From Klebsormidium nitens (Eukaryota > Plantae > Klebsormidiophyceae): a stretch of 33,205 bases of DNA. The notes below the pieces were generated by a model. It made no database searches. It saw only the letters and a program-made list of their open reading frames with translations, and was not told the DNA's origin. The stretch lies in NCBI GenBank assembly GCA_000708835.1, contig DF237732.1:1-33205 (forward strand), in the 5' to 3' direction. The position numbers and the translations under genes were made by a program. Each line of letters starts with the position of its first letter. Position 1 is the stretch's first letter. This document shows, piece by piece, positions 1 to 11,630 of this stretch.

Positions 1-1
1 A

Positions 2-79
2 AAGGGGCCGCAAGAAGGGAGTGCGGGGGGGCAGCTGACGCGGCTGCTGGTGCACCTGATCCCCGTTGTAGATATCCAG
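2..79 (+). CDS. Window-truncated exon of a host gene (conserved plant-type uncharacterised helical protein)
   Basis: Frame from nt 2 reads KGPQEGSAGGQLTRLLVHLIPVVDIQ and ends at CAG|GTGGGA (79/80), phase 0, joining in frame to the exon at 1455. The family resemblance (LI.+VDIQ ... ELY ... D..RK ... W.Q) is recalled from land-plant uncharacterised proteins and is not verified. Confidence 0.55.
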
Positions 80-418
80 GTGGGAATACGGTCCGCTATA
101 GACTTCTACGGTAAAGTCGTTGCTAGCGGTTCAATGATACCATAGCATTTCAAGCCTACCTTCGAAAGCTTGTACCAAAGTGTGCCCTAAAATTGCGGGA
201 GTTCACGCTTTGGGGGCTGCCGCAGTCAACAGTTGCACTACAGTGCAGACTCCGGCCGGACCCCGCGCTATATCGCCCGGTCCCAGCCAGGTCTAGGGCG
301 GTCCCGCTCAGTGCTACCGTGCCCGTACGGGGCCTACATTTTCATTCTACACAGTGATTTAATAGTATGCCGCAGTCTGACAGTACATCAATAGTATTAA
401 ATTTGCATGTCACCCGAC

Positions 419-644
419 CAGAATCTGACAGATTCTGACATACCTGCATATCAGATACGCATGATGTCACGAGTGCCCCGCCGCGCGATACGTTGACAAG
501 CGACAAAATATTATTAACCGCCGAGTCTGACACCGCGGCGTTTGAACTCCGGCGCGTGTTAAAATTTAGCTCACGCGCCGTCGATGTTCGGCAATATTAA
601 GTGTAATTTTTATCGTATCGGTGAATTTATCAAAATTCACCGAT
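419..644. repeat. Three short perfect inverted repeats
   Basis: CAGAATCT-gac-AGATTCTG (419-437); CGGCGCGTG-13 nt-CACGCGCCG (550-580); ATCGGTGAATTT-atca-AAATTCACCGAT (617-644). Confidence 0.9.
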
Positions 645-732
645 CGCGGCGGTCACCCGGATTCAATCCTGCTTGCTCAGGCCTGCGCAGACTGTCAGAA
701 AGTACAATTCTTAAAATACTGATCTGACACAG

Positions 733-804
733 TGGGCCTATCACAGCGCGAATTGGGATTTGGTGCCATACTACCAAATCCCAATTCGCGCTGTGATGGG
801 CCCA
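733..804. repeat. 32-bp inverted repeat with 8-nt spacer (long hairpin)
   Basis: 733-764 TGGGCCTATCACAGCGCGAATTGGGATTTGGT, spacer GCCATACT (765-772), 773-804 ACCAAATCCCAATTCGCGCTGTGATGGGCCCA. 31 of 32 positions are complementary and the single mismatch is a G:T wobble. Confidence 0.97.
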
Positions 805-1454
805 AGCAAAACTGGCCACGGTACTACCAAAGTACAAGGTACCTACCTCAGGCTGCGCGGTACCCTAGATTGAGGTGAACTTCAGTGGACCAGTGGGTTT
901 ACGGCCGATTTTACGCGGTTTGGGTCTGATTTCAGTGGTAAACCAACTCGGCGCTACTCGGTTCCAGCCTAAACCTGGGACACGAAATCCGACCAAGGCT
1001 TGAAATGCTATGAGTTCCATTCCACTTGCCGCTGCTTCATTGGGCGCAGGTTATATGCTCCAAGAGGAGACCGCCAACAATCGGATTCTCAAGTCCATCT
1101 GTGGTGTCCAAAATGCAAAGTAACGTATTGATGCAGTTTGAGTCTGCTCTTGGCAACCTGCAACCGGCATCGCTCGATTGTTTTTGATGGAACAATGCGC
1201 CTCCCAAAATAAATATTGGTTTCCACCGCGGAGCTCAGCCTTGCATGCCGTTGAATGCCGACTGCGTCATCCTAAGTGCTACTCCCGGATTCTGCGTACG
1301 AGGATGTATGCGAACTTCTATACCGCTCGAGCCAGCTTTCTTCGCTCCTCCCGCTCAGCAGAAAGACAACCACCTATTAGTCATGCTGAAGTTGCCAGAG
1401 CCCATTTGGGCTCTGGATTCCCACACTTTCTTAGAACTCGCCCTCTCCCCGCAG

Positions 1455-1823
1455 GGCCTGACCGGTCTGCTCCACGAGACGGAGGCCATGGTGCTCTCCA
1501 TCTCCGATCAGTCCGCCCAGCAAGCCGCGCTTGCGGAGCTGTACGAAGTCCTCGCCACGAACGAGGACTACACGCGCAAGGCGCACTGCAGCGTGTGGTA
1601 CCAGGTGACTCGCGGCGAAGTGCGTACAGCAGTTTCGGGCGAGAGTGAAGTATGGGAAGGCGGGGGCGGCGAGGATAAAGTCGAAGGACGGGGCGGGGGG
1701 GCGGTCTTGGCTGCGGACGTGGGGGCTCCCACGGCCGAGGCAGAGCGTAGGGGGCGAAGATGCAATTACATAACATTTGGTCTAATGGACTTTGTGCAAT
1801 CCGTCCTTCTCTTTCCAACATGA
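1455..1823 (+). CDS. Next, probably terminal, exon of the same host gene
   Basis: Acceptor CTCTCCCCGCAG|GGC at 1454/1455. GC3-rich codons read GLTGLLHETEAMVLSISDQSAQQAALAELYEVLATNEDYTRKAHCSVWYQ (1455-1604). The frame stays open to TGA 1821-1823, but a donor CAG|GTGACT at 1604/1605 is an alternative end. Confidence 0.55.
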   Translation, partial: GLTGLLHETEAMVLSISDQSAQQAALAELYEVLATNEDYTRKAHCSVWYQVTRGEVRTAVSGESEVWEGGGGEDKVEGRGGGAVLAADVGAPTAEAERRGRRCNYITFGLMDFVQSVLLFPT

Positions 1824-2199
1824 TTCAGTCTCGTCCAATCTACTATGGTGCTATTCCAACATGATTTTCTTTCATCCAGTCTCTGACTCGATGTGATGCA
1901 CTCTAGGTCGGTCACATGTCGTCAAGGAGCCATGTAGCTTTTATGAAACGTGATGGATTTGAAGTAGCGGATGGCATTGCACTTCATTCTGCGCAAACTT
2001 CTGCCGTCCGAGTCACAATCATGGTCCTTTAGCTTTGAAACAAGACGGATCAAAGAGCTTATGACCGTACCTACCTACTTACCGATCGATATATAGTGTA
2101 GGACCCATGCATGACGGTAGTGGCACCTACTTTAAACAAGGGCTTGCACACAAGGTACTGGTACAATGGACAGCGTTTGCGAACAATGTTGAAAGTGTA

Positions 2200-3380
2200 A
2201 TCAACATTCATCCTCTTCAATCAAACAGGCCGTGTGCTTCTCTTTAAGTATACACATACTATCTGTACTAAATGTGTTCCAATCAAGCTTGTTCAAATTA
2301 TACTCGTCAATATTGTCCTGCCGAAAGCCTATGCATCTCTTTCACATGCTCTATAGAACTCATCCGTGCACCGCCAAATGACAAAAATTGCAGACTGGTA
2401 TAAGAGCCTTGTAGGCTCTCAAGCGTTGCATATACATGTACAATCATTGAATGCAATATTGACCATCTCTCATATTGCTTTTCATTTAGATGTTAAGCCA
2501 CACCTTATACCAATTTTCGACTAGTCCCACCTACCTGCGGTAGCTGCAACCACTTGAAACGAATGCAGCTCAAGAGCAGACTCCGTCATTTCAACATCTT
2601 GTGTGCCTCTGGTCACAAACTGGGGGAGTTGAGCACGCCTTCTTAACCGGACTCACTAGTAGATGGTCTGTAATTCATGGCCTACGCAAGTGCGTATTGC
2701 AGGTGAGCTCCCAATCATTGGCTCGTTAGACAAATCTTCTAAAGAAGCAATGTCTAACTCTAGCGAGCAGCGGCTTGTATGTCTCGCCTTCGTTGTGAAG
2801 CCTCTCCCGTCTAAGTTGCGAGCAACGCAGGAAATAACTCATGTCAAAAGATACACATGAGTTTCTCGAAGGCGCCCTCAACCATGGCCAATGCCGGACC
2901 AGCTTTGTCATCCTGGAAGGACAGAGCAACGAAAGCGACTTCGTGAAAATATCACTCAGAAAACAAACTCACAACTTATACAAACAATCGCTTTCCAAAA
3001 GCGGAGGATTCGTCTTGTCCGTACAGCCAAAGAACGGCTGCATGCGAGGAAATTTTTGGCCCCAAATTGATGCGAAGAAGAGGACCCAACTTGTCCTAGA
3101 GGCTCGCATCGACTTTTGAGGTTTGCCATAGTAGACGTTTCGCTCGACGATGGGAGACAAATTGTCAGCAATATTCTGTGAACTTCTACTGCCTTAGGGC
3201 AGGGCTCAAGCACACCAGAAAAAGTCCACGTGTTTCCGAATTCCCACCTAAAGCTTAGCAAAATGGTGTCATTACCAGCAAAGCAACACCGGCGTCCGGT
3301 CTGCGGCCCGATGCCAGTATACCTTCTCATCGAGAAACACAAGACCTGCGAGCTTTGACATTCTTAAAAGGCTGCAGACC
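2200..3380 (-). pseudogene. Degenerate spliced reading frame of unknown family
   Basis: SPIVERNVYYGKPQK...DCLYKL joins MTKLVRHWPWLRAP... across a canonical 60-nt intron (GTGAGT 2972 ... CCTTCCAG 2913, phase 2). Several in-frame stops are present; no domain recognised; boundaries approximate. Confidence 0.3.
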
Positions 3381-3424
3381 TTCAAAGAGGGCGGACACTT
3401 TCTAGTTGCTCGTGAACAACTTAC

Positions 3425-6394
3425 CACGCTGCGCAGATCGTAGGTCGTCCGTTGCACAGCCACGCTGTGGCCCATGCACAGCGCCAGGGCCTCCAGCTCG
3501 CGGTCGGTCGTAGCCTGCGCTCGGAAGTGCATCACGATTGACGTGCGCACCAGGTGCGGGTTCATCTTCAGCCCCGTGATCCTGCATCATCCAACGGCGC
3601 GGTGTCAGTCTCAGCGAAGTGTCCGCGAAGTGTCATGTCCTACGAAAGAAACCTCGAAAGTGGACGAAATGCGTTCGCGGCCGTGCAATAAACGACTTGC
3701 CTGGGAATACGTGCAAGCAGTGTTGACTCAAGATCAGCTTTGCAGGCTCCATATGCGGCTGCTGACGTAAGAAGCATGGACCAATCTAGTGAAGCGTCAT
3801 ATTGGAGTTCGTCCGCTAAGGGTATTGGCAGCGTGGTTGCTTCAACCCCGGCTTTGCGTGTTTGCCTTCATGTCACGGTAGACCGTCTTGTTTTGCCAAC
3901 CTTGACTTTCGCCCACGCTCCATCGCATTAATAAACTCTCCCCCAAGCTCCGGACTCGGAAGTCAAGGGCAACCCCCGAGGACGAAGTCAAGAAGCAGAT
4001 AAGTAACAACCCCGGTAATCAATCGTTGGCTTCCTGCAAAAATTTCAAAACTACATCCCATGTAACCAGATCTTCCTTTCTCCTTACCTGAAGACGGTCT
4101 CACTGAACGAATGGCACAGGCCCGAGGCGTTCAGCTGCCGGCCTGTCGCGGAGCAGAATACGAACTTATGCTCTGGCCTCAGGTATTCGCGCCACGTGTC
4201 CAGGTACGCGTCCATGTCAGAGGACACGAAAGTCGGGAGCGGAATCTTTGGCCGCTCGGCCCCGGACCCGCCTGTCTTGTGGTGCTTCGGCTGAAGGCAA
4301 ATGACCCACCTGCGGAGAGGAGTGGCGGAAAAGGGTCCGAAAGAGAGCCTAGAGCAGTCAGAACGCTCCCTGGGCTCAGCGGCGGAAAAATGGGGGCTTG
4401 CAGTCAGGGAAAGTCTGACGGGTCTCCTGATAAGTAACTTCGGGCTGCATCGAACTGGCCTGCGTTGGTTGAAACAAACTCTGAAGGTCCACATCCTAGT
4501 ATGGCCCCACTAGTTACAGAAGCCCTCCCCCTTCGATATACAAGCATAAATTCACAGAAACCGTGATGGCTGCAGAGCGCAACAGCGCATGCCTCGCTCA
4601 CCTGCCGTTCTCTTTGATCAGGGTCTCGCCGACCTTGAGCTCGCGGATGGTCCGCTGGCGGTCCCCGCAGCACGCGAGGATTGCCGCAATCAGGTACTTT
4701 TGGACGGACTTGGCAACAGTGAAGGCCTTTCTGGGGGAGCCCTTCTCATACAGTCCTGCACATTCTGCCCGCAATTCCTGCAAGGAAGCAAGCTGAGAGA
4801 GTGAGCATACCGTTGGGCTCGTAAACAAGCGACTTACAATGATCAACACCGGGAAGCGACGTAATGTATCAGAAGAGCAGGATCCGACACAAAACACACA
4901 CGACTCCGCTTTATTTAGGAGGTCGGGCAGACCTCATGACCATGTCCATTCAACTCCAGAGCTTCAAGAATGACAGCCATCTGATTAAAGTTCCTTGAGA
5001 TCCACAAATTCCTGGCGGCCAGCGGCGAGGATGCCCCGTTTTTGTGCCCTACGCACACCACGCCCGACAAGCATCCTGTAGAGTACAGCGCATGTTGGGC
5101 CCCATTCCGCTCCCCAAACCTCTGCGCCTGATCATCCTCAACTTAAAGAGGTCGGAACCCGTACCTTGAGCACCACTCCCACGATGACGGGCCACGCCAC
5201 GAGCTTGGCCTTCTGGTCCGCCACCTTGGGCGCCTTTTTGGCCTTGCGCTGCAGCAAGCCCGAGTGGCTGCGGAGCACGGCAACCACCGCAACGTCGCCG
5301 TACGGGGGCTGCCCGCCGAACGGGTGTAGCTGACACAGACGATCAAAAAAGACGCATATTCAGATGGACACAGCCATTCGAAGCTCGGCAACGAATTGTT
5401 CCTTCGAAGTCGGTCTTGAATATTAAGATCCGATTCTGCACAATATCCAGACATTGCCTTGTCTGACGCAACATCCCTTGAAGTCGGACGTTGTCGACTG
5501 ATTCGAGAGCTTCAGCTTGATTATTGGCGCGAGAAAGACACCGAGTCGATGGCGTAACAGAGACGGGCAGAAGAGGCCTATCCGGCGGTCGACAGGACCT
5601 CTCATAAGGACTCAAAGCAGACCAGGGTTAAGGTAAAGGAACCTCAATAGCCAGGCGCACCTGCTTTGACCGACCGAGGTGTTAGCAGGGCCAAGAAATT
5701 CGTTACTACAGCTCGGACCCCTGCCAAATGAATCCCAGCTGCAAGGACAAGCAGTCAAGGACAACAAACCCATCCCTTCCATAACACTTGAACCTCGTAC
5801 AATAACTTGCCACTTTAAAAGAATGCACTTTAAAAGGATACAATGACGAACTGGAACCTGAACCTGCCCCCACAAGCCATGCAGCACATTTATGCTTCCT
5901 GCTGTCATGGCTCACATTGGATTCCGTGTGGTACAGATACATGGCGAGGTGCAGCAGGCTCCGGTAGACGCACTGCAGCGTCGACTCGACTGCCGCCCGC
6001 TCGTCCGCCAACCACTTGACGTGCTCGTGAGCCAGCGTTGCGCCGCCCACGTCAGCCGACGGCACCAAGTCCCGCAGCCTGACGTCAGCCACGTTGGTGA
6101 GCTTCGCGATGTAACTCAGCCAGCCCAGCATCCCCCGGATGCGATCCACGATCTTGACCGCCGAGTCCTTGCAGTTTGGCCCACCTTGCCACGTAGGTGG
6201 GGGCTTCCGAAGCCACGCGTGGAAGCGGGCGAGATCCGCCTGCGTTTCGGGGGAAAGATGCAGCACCTTCGCCGCATACCAGAAGGCGGGTTTCCGCCGC
6301 CTCGTCACGCGGACCAGGCGGCTGGGACCGTGGTTGAAGCGGGCGTGGGCCGGCATGACCCTGCTCATGACGTCATCGTACTCGAGCGTGTTCC
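3425..6394 (-). CDS. Tyrosine recombinase (phage-integrase-like fold), core exons; 3' terminal exon not located
   Basis: Exons 6394-5916, 5329-5165, 4777-4602, 4309-4088 and 3581-3425 all have GT-AG boundaries, consistent phases (1-0-0-2-2-0) and no stops. Catalytic set: R in GDRQRTIRELKVG (4658-4660), K in HHKTG (4276-4278), HxxR in NPHLVR (3545-3556), H in MGHS (3467-3469), Y in TYDLR (3440-3442). Confidence 0.9.
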
Positions 6395-6555
6395 CTGGGA
6401 GATTAGCAAGAAGAGGTCAGGGTTGTCTGTGAGCAGAATGGAAGGACTCTGCTATTTGAGGATGGAGCACTTTTCTGTTGACGCGGGCTAAGCTTGAGGT
6501 GATACACATGGTGGCCAATGCGGGTTATGAGGCTGAGAGCTGTGCGCAGCGCTAC

Positions 6556-9500
6556 CTGCAGGGCCTTTGAGCCAACGCTTTTTGAGGAAGAAGGTCCTTT
6601 GCACCGGAGTCTGATTCTGCCTGCTAATTTCTGTACGACATCTGGCAAACTCTATTGACCTGGCCAACTCAAGGACTTAGGCCTAACCAATACTACCTGG
6701 CAAATTCTCCCCCGTCAAGATTGCCCTTCCAAGCAACATCAATCTCATCAGCAACTCATAACAATCTTACAACGTGATCCACGTTCGTTAAATATTTCGC
6801 AGACAGCTTAAGGCCGTCTTTGTGCTCACCGGGGGTGTTTGCTGGTACTGCGGAGGGGCCCGCCTCATTGACGGTGCTATTATGAGAAGAGGAAGGAGCG
6901 TCCCAAGAGACCTGCGAACAACCACGGCGAAATGATTGTCAGACTCGTACTTGAGCTCTTCAAATAGTGGGACTGTATCTTGTCAACGTTCTGGCTCTGG
7001 TGACTTGTGGCGACTCAAGATGTGCAGATGAAAAGTTTACCCGAGCATCAACTTTTCCGAATAAAAAGGGACTGGCCTCTACCAATGACCAGCTCTTCTT
7101 GTGTTTGAACCACTCTTGGTCTACTAGTAACATTTGTTGTCAGCCCAGGGCTTTCGATGTCTTTCAGTGTCTAGACGAAAGAGAAACATTGGCGCAAGTT
7201 TCGTCAAGATCCGAGTGATCTTTGTGGATGGTACTTCTCTGCCAAGTCCTTCAGAAAGAGAATCCACCGTTCATAGTAAGTACCTGCTCAAGCCCTGCCC
7301 CTGCACTCACACAATTTGGAACAGATACTACAACAACATCCTCTGACTCTAAAAATGCAGAAGCAACCGCTTCCGACCACCCTCCAAATGCGGCCTCACA
7401 ATACTGGTCGATACCTAACAGAACTCAGCAAGCTTGCAGTTCTGCACAGTCCCAGAAACGAGAACGCATCCGCACCTTCGCTTTCCCCTTGCGATCAGTC
7501 TCTCTGCTGCGCAGACCGTACTGCCGGCGGCCGTCACTTGGGACGGTGAAGTCTGCAGACGATCCCAACGCACCGCCATAGGCTGACGTCAGGCTGCCGT
7601 CTTCCTCCGGGTCTGCCTCGAGGTCGGGACAAAGAGGGTTCGGAGGGGCTTCCAGGCCCAGGCATGCAATGCGCTGGGGCTTTCCATGGGCCGTGCTGCC
7701 TGTTAGATTGCAGGACTGGAAGACGGGGGGTGCTGCTACCACGGACGGACCTGCTTTCTGCGCGGACAGGGAGAGAAGTGATTCAACGGGGTCAGAGGAA
7801 TGTGCGTTGAGGTATTTGAAAGGATAGGATGGAGGACAAGTCCGTTTCGTTCGAGGGTCCCCTTGAACCTTGTGAGAATGTCTCAGGGTCTATAACTTGA
7901 GGAGCCAACTGGAAATGTCTTTCAATGGTGGACAGAGACATGCACTTAGAAAGTGATACAGAAACAGGACGAGTAGAGGATGAAACTGTATGCAAGAAGA
8001 CGAGATAAGGCGACTGCGATGTGGCAAGGGCCCTGAGCGCCTTTGCTAACGGCACCTCTGCACGAGCTCCGTCAGTCTGTAATGCTAACAGCCCGGTCTT
8101 CGCGCGCAGAGTGGAGCGCGATACGCTGAGAAAACAGAGCGCGGCGTGCGATGTGAACCAGAGAATGGCAGTCGAAGAGTGAAGTTGCAAAGCTGAGCAT
8201 CGAGAAAACTCAAAGCCAGGCGCTTTTGGGGGATGCATACCTGCGCAGCGTTTAGCCTCTGTTGTTTGAACTGTTTTGTCATAAGGCCACCATTCAAATA
8301 CGCCTCCACTCCCGAAGGATGCGGTGTGGCCTGGATAGGTGTCGACACCTTGTCCACCAGAGGCCCTGCTGTCCCCGAGCTGCTTGGGAGTACTGCTACG
8401 TGGGCTGGAAGGTCACCCTGCACAGCGATGGAGAAATGATTTTGAGGAAAAGACCAGTGCCGACAACAAGTACCAGAGTGTCCTGAAGGGCTTGGCCTGC
8501 CTACAAAGACCACAGATCGGGTGTCTACTATCTTGATCTCGAAATGAGAACGTCCTGGAAATGATGCATGTTAGGCTTCGTTTCAGTAATGATGATGTGT
8601 GATGTTGTAATGAGGGGTTATAGCAGCAGTTGCCAGAGTGCCGTTGCGGATGACAGCATTCCAGGTTCTAAACAAGCTACTTCTATTATTGATGCATATG
8701 AAGCTGCAGTGAAGACAATGCAATGTCTTTGTCACCCACAATTGATTTGAAACGCCCTTTGACAGTGTCACTGTTCTAGTTGTGGTGCTCCGCCAGCTGC
8801 CTCAACAATATGAACTGACGCCAATAGTGAAACTTTGCGCCATCTAGAGAGGCAGAAACGAATGCTCCCTAACAGCTTCCGCAAACATTGTTTGCCAGAA
8901 GATCTGCTAACCTTTCCGCGTTCTGCCCTCTCGGCCTCCTCTCGCAGATGCTTTGCATTGAGGACCGCCTGGGAGGCCTCCATCTCTGCTGCTGCCACTT
9001 GCTCCCACAGTGCCACCGCAGGGCTATAGTGGCTCTTGGGTGGCAGGAAAGGCTCCAGGGAAACGTCCAGTGCCATCTAAGGGTAAGCAGATTTCAAAGA
9101 GGAGTCACGTCACAAAGAAAGTGGAACAAAACTTGCGAATGCGTTTCGAACAACCCTGATTGCGGCAGGAGTTGAAGCGGCCAGCTCATCAGAGAAATTA
9201 GATTTGCAGAGTGCACATTCTCAAATGCTTCCTCGACGGGTAAGAGCTGAAAACCTAGATCCACGATGGCCGATTTTATACAAGCTCCAAAATATGAACC
9301 TCAGAACAAAATCCAGATGATGATGTTTATACCACGAGGCAAGGGAGAGATGACAATGCTGTCAAACAGAAAATCATGATTCTGAAGAATACCAATTCAA
9401 AGTCTACTTCCAAAGTTGTCCAATCATTGAACTTTGAAGAAGATGCCTTCATTTGCAACAGATTTTGATGCAGCTGTCATATTGCAGTTCCTTCTTGTCC

Positions 9501-10727
9501 CGGTCGCTCGCCACTCTCAAAAAAGATGATCGTACCTCAGTGCCCAGTGGTAAGATGTTCCAGGGAATGGGGTCCATACCTCTGTGTACTCTTCTTGAGG
9601 CACGACGGCATGCGCGTCCGATCCTCCCACCTCCACTTGCTGCTCTGTTGATACATGTTTCTCCCTCATTACTGGCACAGAAGCAGCAAAGAGTGATTTG
9701 GAGGGGATGATGAAGAAGACCGCCCAATGCTTCACAAGCGCTTGGGGCTGCCGACATTCAGGCATCAGACAGCTCGAAGAAGTACATCTTGAACCATTCA
9801 AGTCTCTTTCATCTTAAAGAGACAGCCGGTGTTTCAAGTATGAAGAGGACCCAAAGCTCCAAAGAAGTGGGAGGTTGCACTTTGCAGTCAAGCCCATTGC
9901 TCGTGGGACAGCCCTGAGTCTCTGCAGCAACCACTGAGTCGAGTCCATACTAACAAGATTAAGGCCAGTCTCCACTCTTCAATGCCACCAAAAACTGAGA
10001 ACACTTCTGAAAATTGCTTCCTATCTCAGCATCCTTCGTTTACATAATGAGCCAATGCAATTAGCCTCAAGAATGGCCCGAGAGCAGCAACTAGACCAGC
10101 AGCAACTACCTTCAGTCCTGGCGCCCATTTGTTCTGCTGCTGCTGCAGAGGACTTCCTTCGCTTCTTCGTCTTGCGTGGCTGTTCTTGCTTGTCACCTTC
10201 TCTAGCAGCACGAGTCCTCTTCAATCGAGCGGGGCGATCAGGCAAAGATGCCCCTGGACGTTGACCAGAATAGTTCAGCATATTATCATAGTGCTGACCA
10301 TTCATTAAGCCGCTGGATTCTTACTTGCCTGAATAAGAATCTGTCCATTCGAGGAGGGCCAAAAATTCGAAGTCTCAGACACCAGCATCAGAGACCAGCA
10401 TCAAAGACCAGCATGATGCACTTGGACTTAGCGCCCACCAAGGATTAGGCAGCTTACCTGAAGACAAATACCGTACGGTACATGATATTTGCTGTACAAG
10501 TGTTTGCTTGCAGCAATGTTGACCAGTGGTATAATTTCAAACAAATCAGAGCAGGCTTTGTCTTTTAAAGCCCTCGCAAAACTCATAAGATCCCCGGCAG
10601 ATCACGGGGAGGTCCTTACCCTCCTTTGTGCCCACCATGTGATGAGCGCCATGTTTGTTTGGTGCTTCATTCCCCGGAACCATAGCAAAGATGTTGGCTG
10701 CCGCACCCACTGCATTCGTGGCCGCTG
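6556..10727 (-). CDS. Putative N-terminal extension exons of the YR gene (low complexity, basic patch, predicted coiled coil)
   Basis: Candidate exons 10727-10620, 10253-10110, 9671-9580, 9076-8912, 8417-8241, 7757-7476, 6911-6830 and 6630-6556 have AG/GT boundaries and phases that chain without stops into the core exon at 6394. With the core this gives 13 exons and 2324 nt (~774 codons). Contains RKTKKRRK and EQVAAAEMEASQAVLNAKHLREEAERAERGK. Several exons are phase-symmetric, so the chain is not proof of one gene. Confidence 0.5.
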
Positions 10728-10912
10728 CTGTTAGGTGAGCCCAAATTCTTGACCCCATTCTGCGAGCACTGCAGCGGCTCTCGTCGTTGCTCAACCGCTG
10801 CTGGACAAATCAAGAGCAGAACGTTGATGAAGCAACAGGGCAGCAAATCTCCTCAGATGTGCTTGTAAATATTCACCTTTTCCGGTAAAGGTATCTTACA
10901 AGGTTTGCCGCA

Positions 10913-10944
10913 GCTCGAAGCTCGAAGCTCGAAGCTCGAAGCTC
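10913..10944. repeat. Heptamer tandem repeat (GCTCGAA)4.5
   Basis: Four exact GCTCGAA copies followed by GCTC. Confidence 0.95.
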
Positions 10945-11617
10945 TGCCCGAGCGGAATGCTGGCTAGGCTTGAAGAAGCCTGAGGGGGCCTTGACTAGGA
11001 GTGCTCTTAAGCAGATTGCTGCTTAAGGCCTCGATTCATGCTGGCCCCAAACTTCTGACGTGGATTCTAACGAGATGCACCTTGAAGACTGCAGTTCTTT
11101 AACAAGAAAAATGCAGTATGCATCGACTCAAATGTATCCAATCAAGGACCAGATTAAGATACTGCTTTGCAGAAGTGAAGGCTGTTTCAGAATGTAGGCC
11201 ACAACTTTGTTTCAAGAACCTGGGCATGAACATGACAGTCTTTGCAATGACGCAGCTCTTCAAAGAACGCTTATGAAGAAGTGTGTTGTTCTATGCCACT
11301 CAGCGCCGTCCTTTCCAAAGCTTCTGCTTAGCCAAGCCACACAATGCTGGCTCATTGGCAGCTCAAATAAGACGCCCACGTAGAAAGCTCCTCCATTGCT
11401 TTTCTATGCTTTTGATCAGTGACCAGGAGTGAGGTGTTCAGCTAGGTCCCCTGCATGTATGAATTCGGAATGAGGATTCTTGCCCCGGCCAATCTTACCG
11501 GGTTAATTGTTTCAATCGTTGTGGTAAACCTGCCCTACGAGGTGCCAACCGACCACATTCTTCGTAAGACGTACCTATCTCAGATCATCTCAGAATTTGT
11601 CTTCTTTGAAAGTCCAT

Positions 11618-11630
11618 TCATGGCATCTTC
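11618..11630 (+). repeat. Left target-site duplication of the LINE
   Basis: TCATGGCATCTTC, identical to 15530-15542. Confidence 0.95.

Larger units (their letters stand above)
141..1012. mobile_element. Putative non-autonomous TIR element (MITE-like) inside a host intron
   Basis: Perfect 17-bp inverted repeat CATAGCATTTCAAGCCT (141-157) / AGGCTTGAAATGCTATG (996-1012). The interior appears non-coding, with six TCTGACA motifs and four hairpins. CATAG fits the CANRG terminus described for P-superfamily elements. No target-site duplication is visible in the flanks. Confidence 0.5.

Noticed and set aside
765-772. Spacer GCCATACT resembles the loxP spacer GCATACAT
   Set aside because: The arms share nothing with loxP and an 8-mer resemblance is weak. 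Only the geometry is kept as a hypothesis.
1813-1868. Direct repeat TTCCAACATGATT as a possible TSD
   Set aside because: The copies are only ~30 nt apart, which fits a local duplication near the host stop codon rather than an insertion.
5892-6491. 199-aa plus-strand ORF
   Set aside because: Antisense shadow of a GC-rich YR exon.
11455-11617. MYEFGMRI looks like an RT motif upstream of YKYLG
   Set aside because: It lies outside the TSD-defined 5' end (11631) and in a different frame, so it is flanking DNA.
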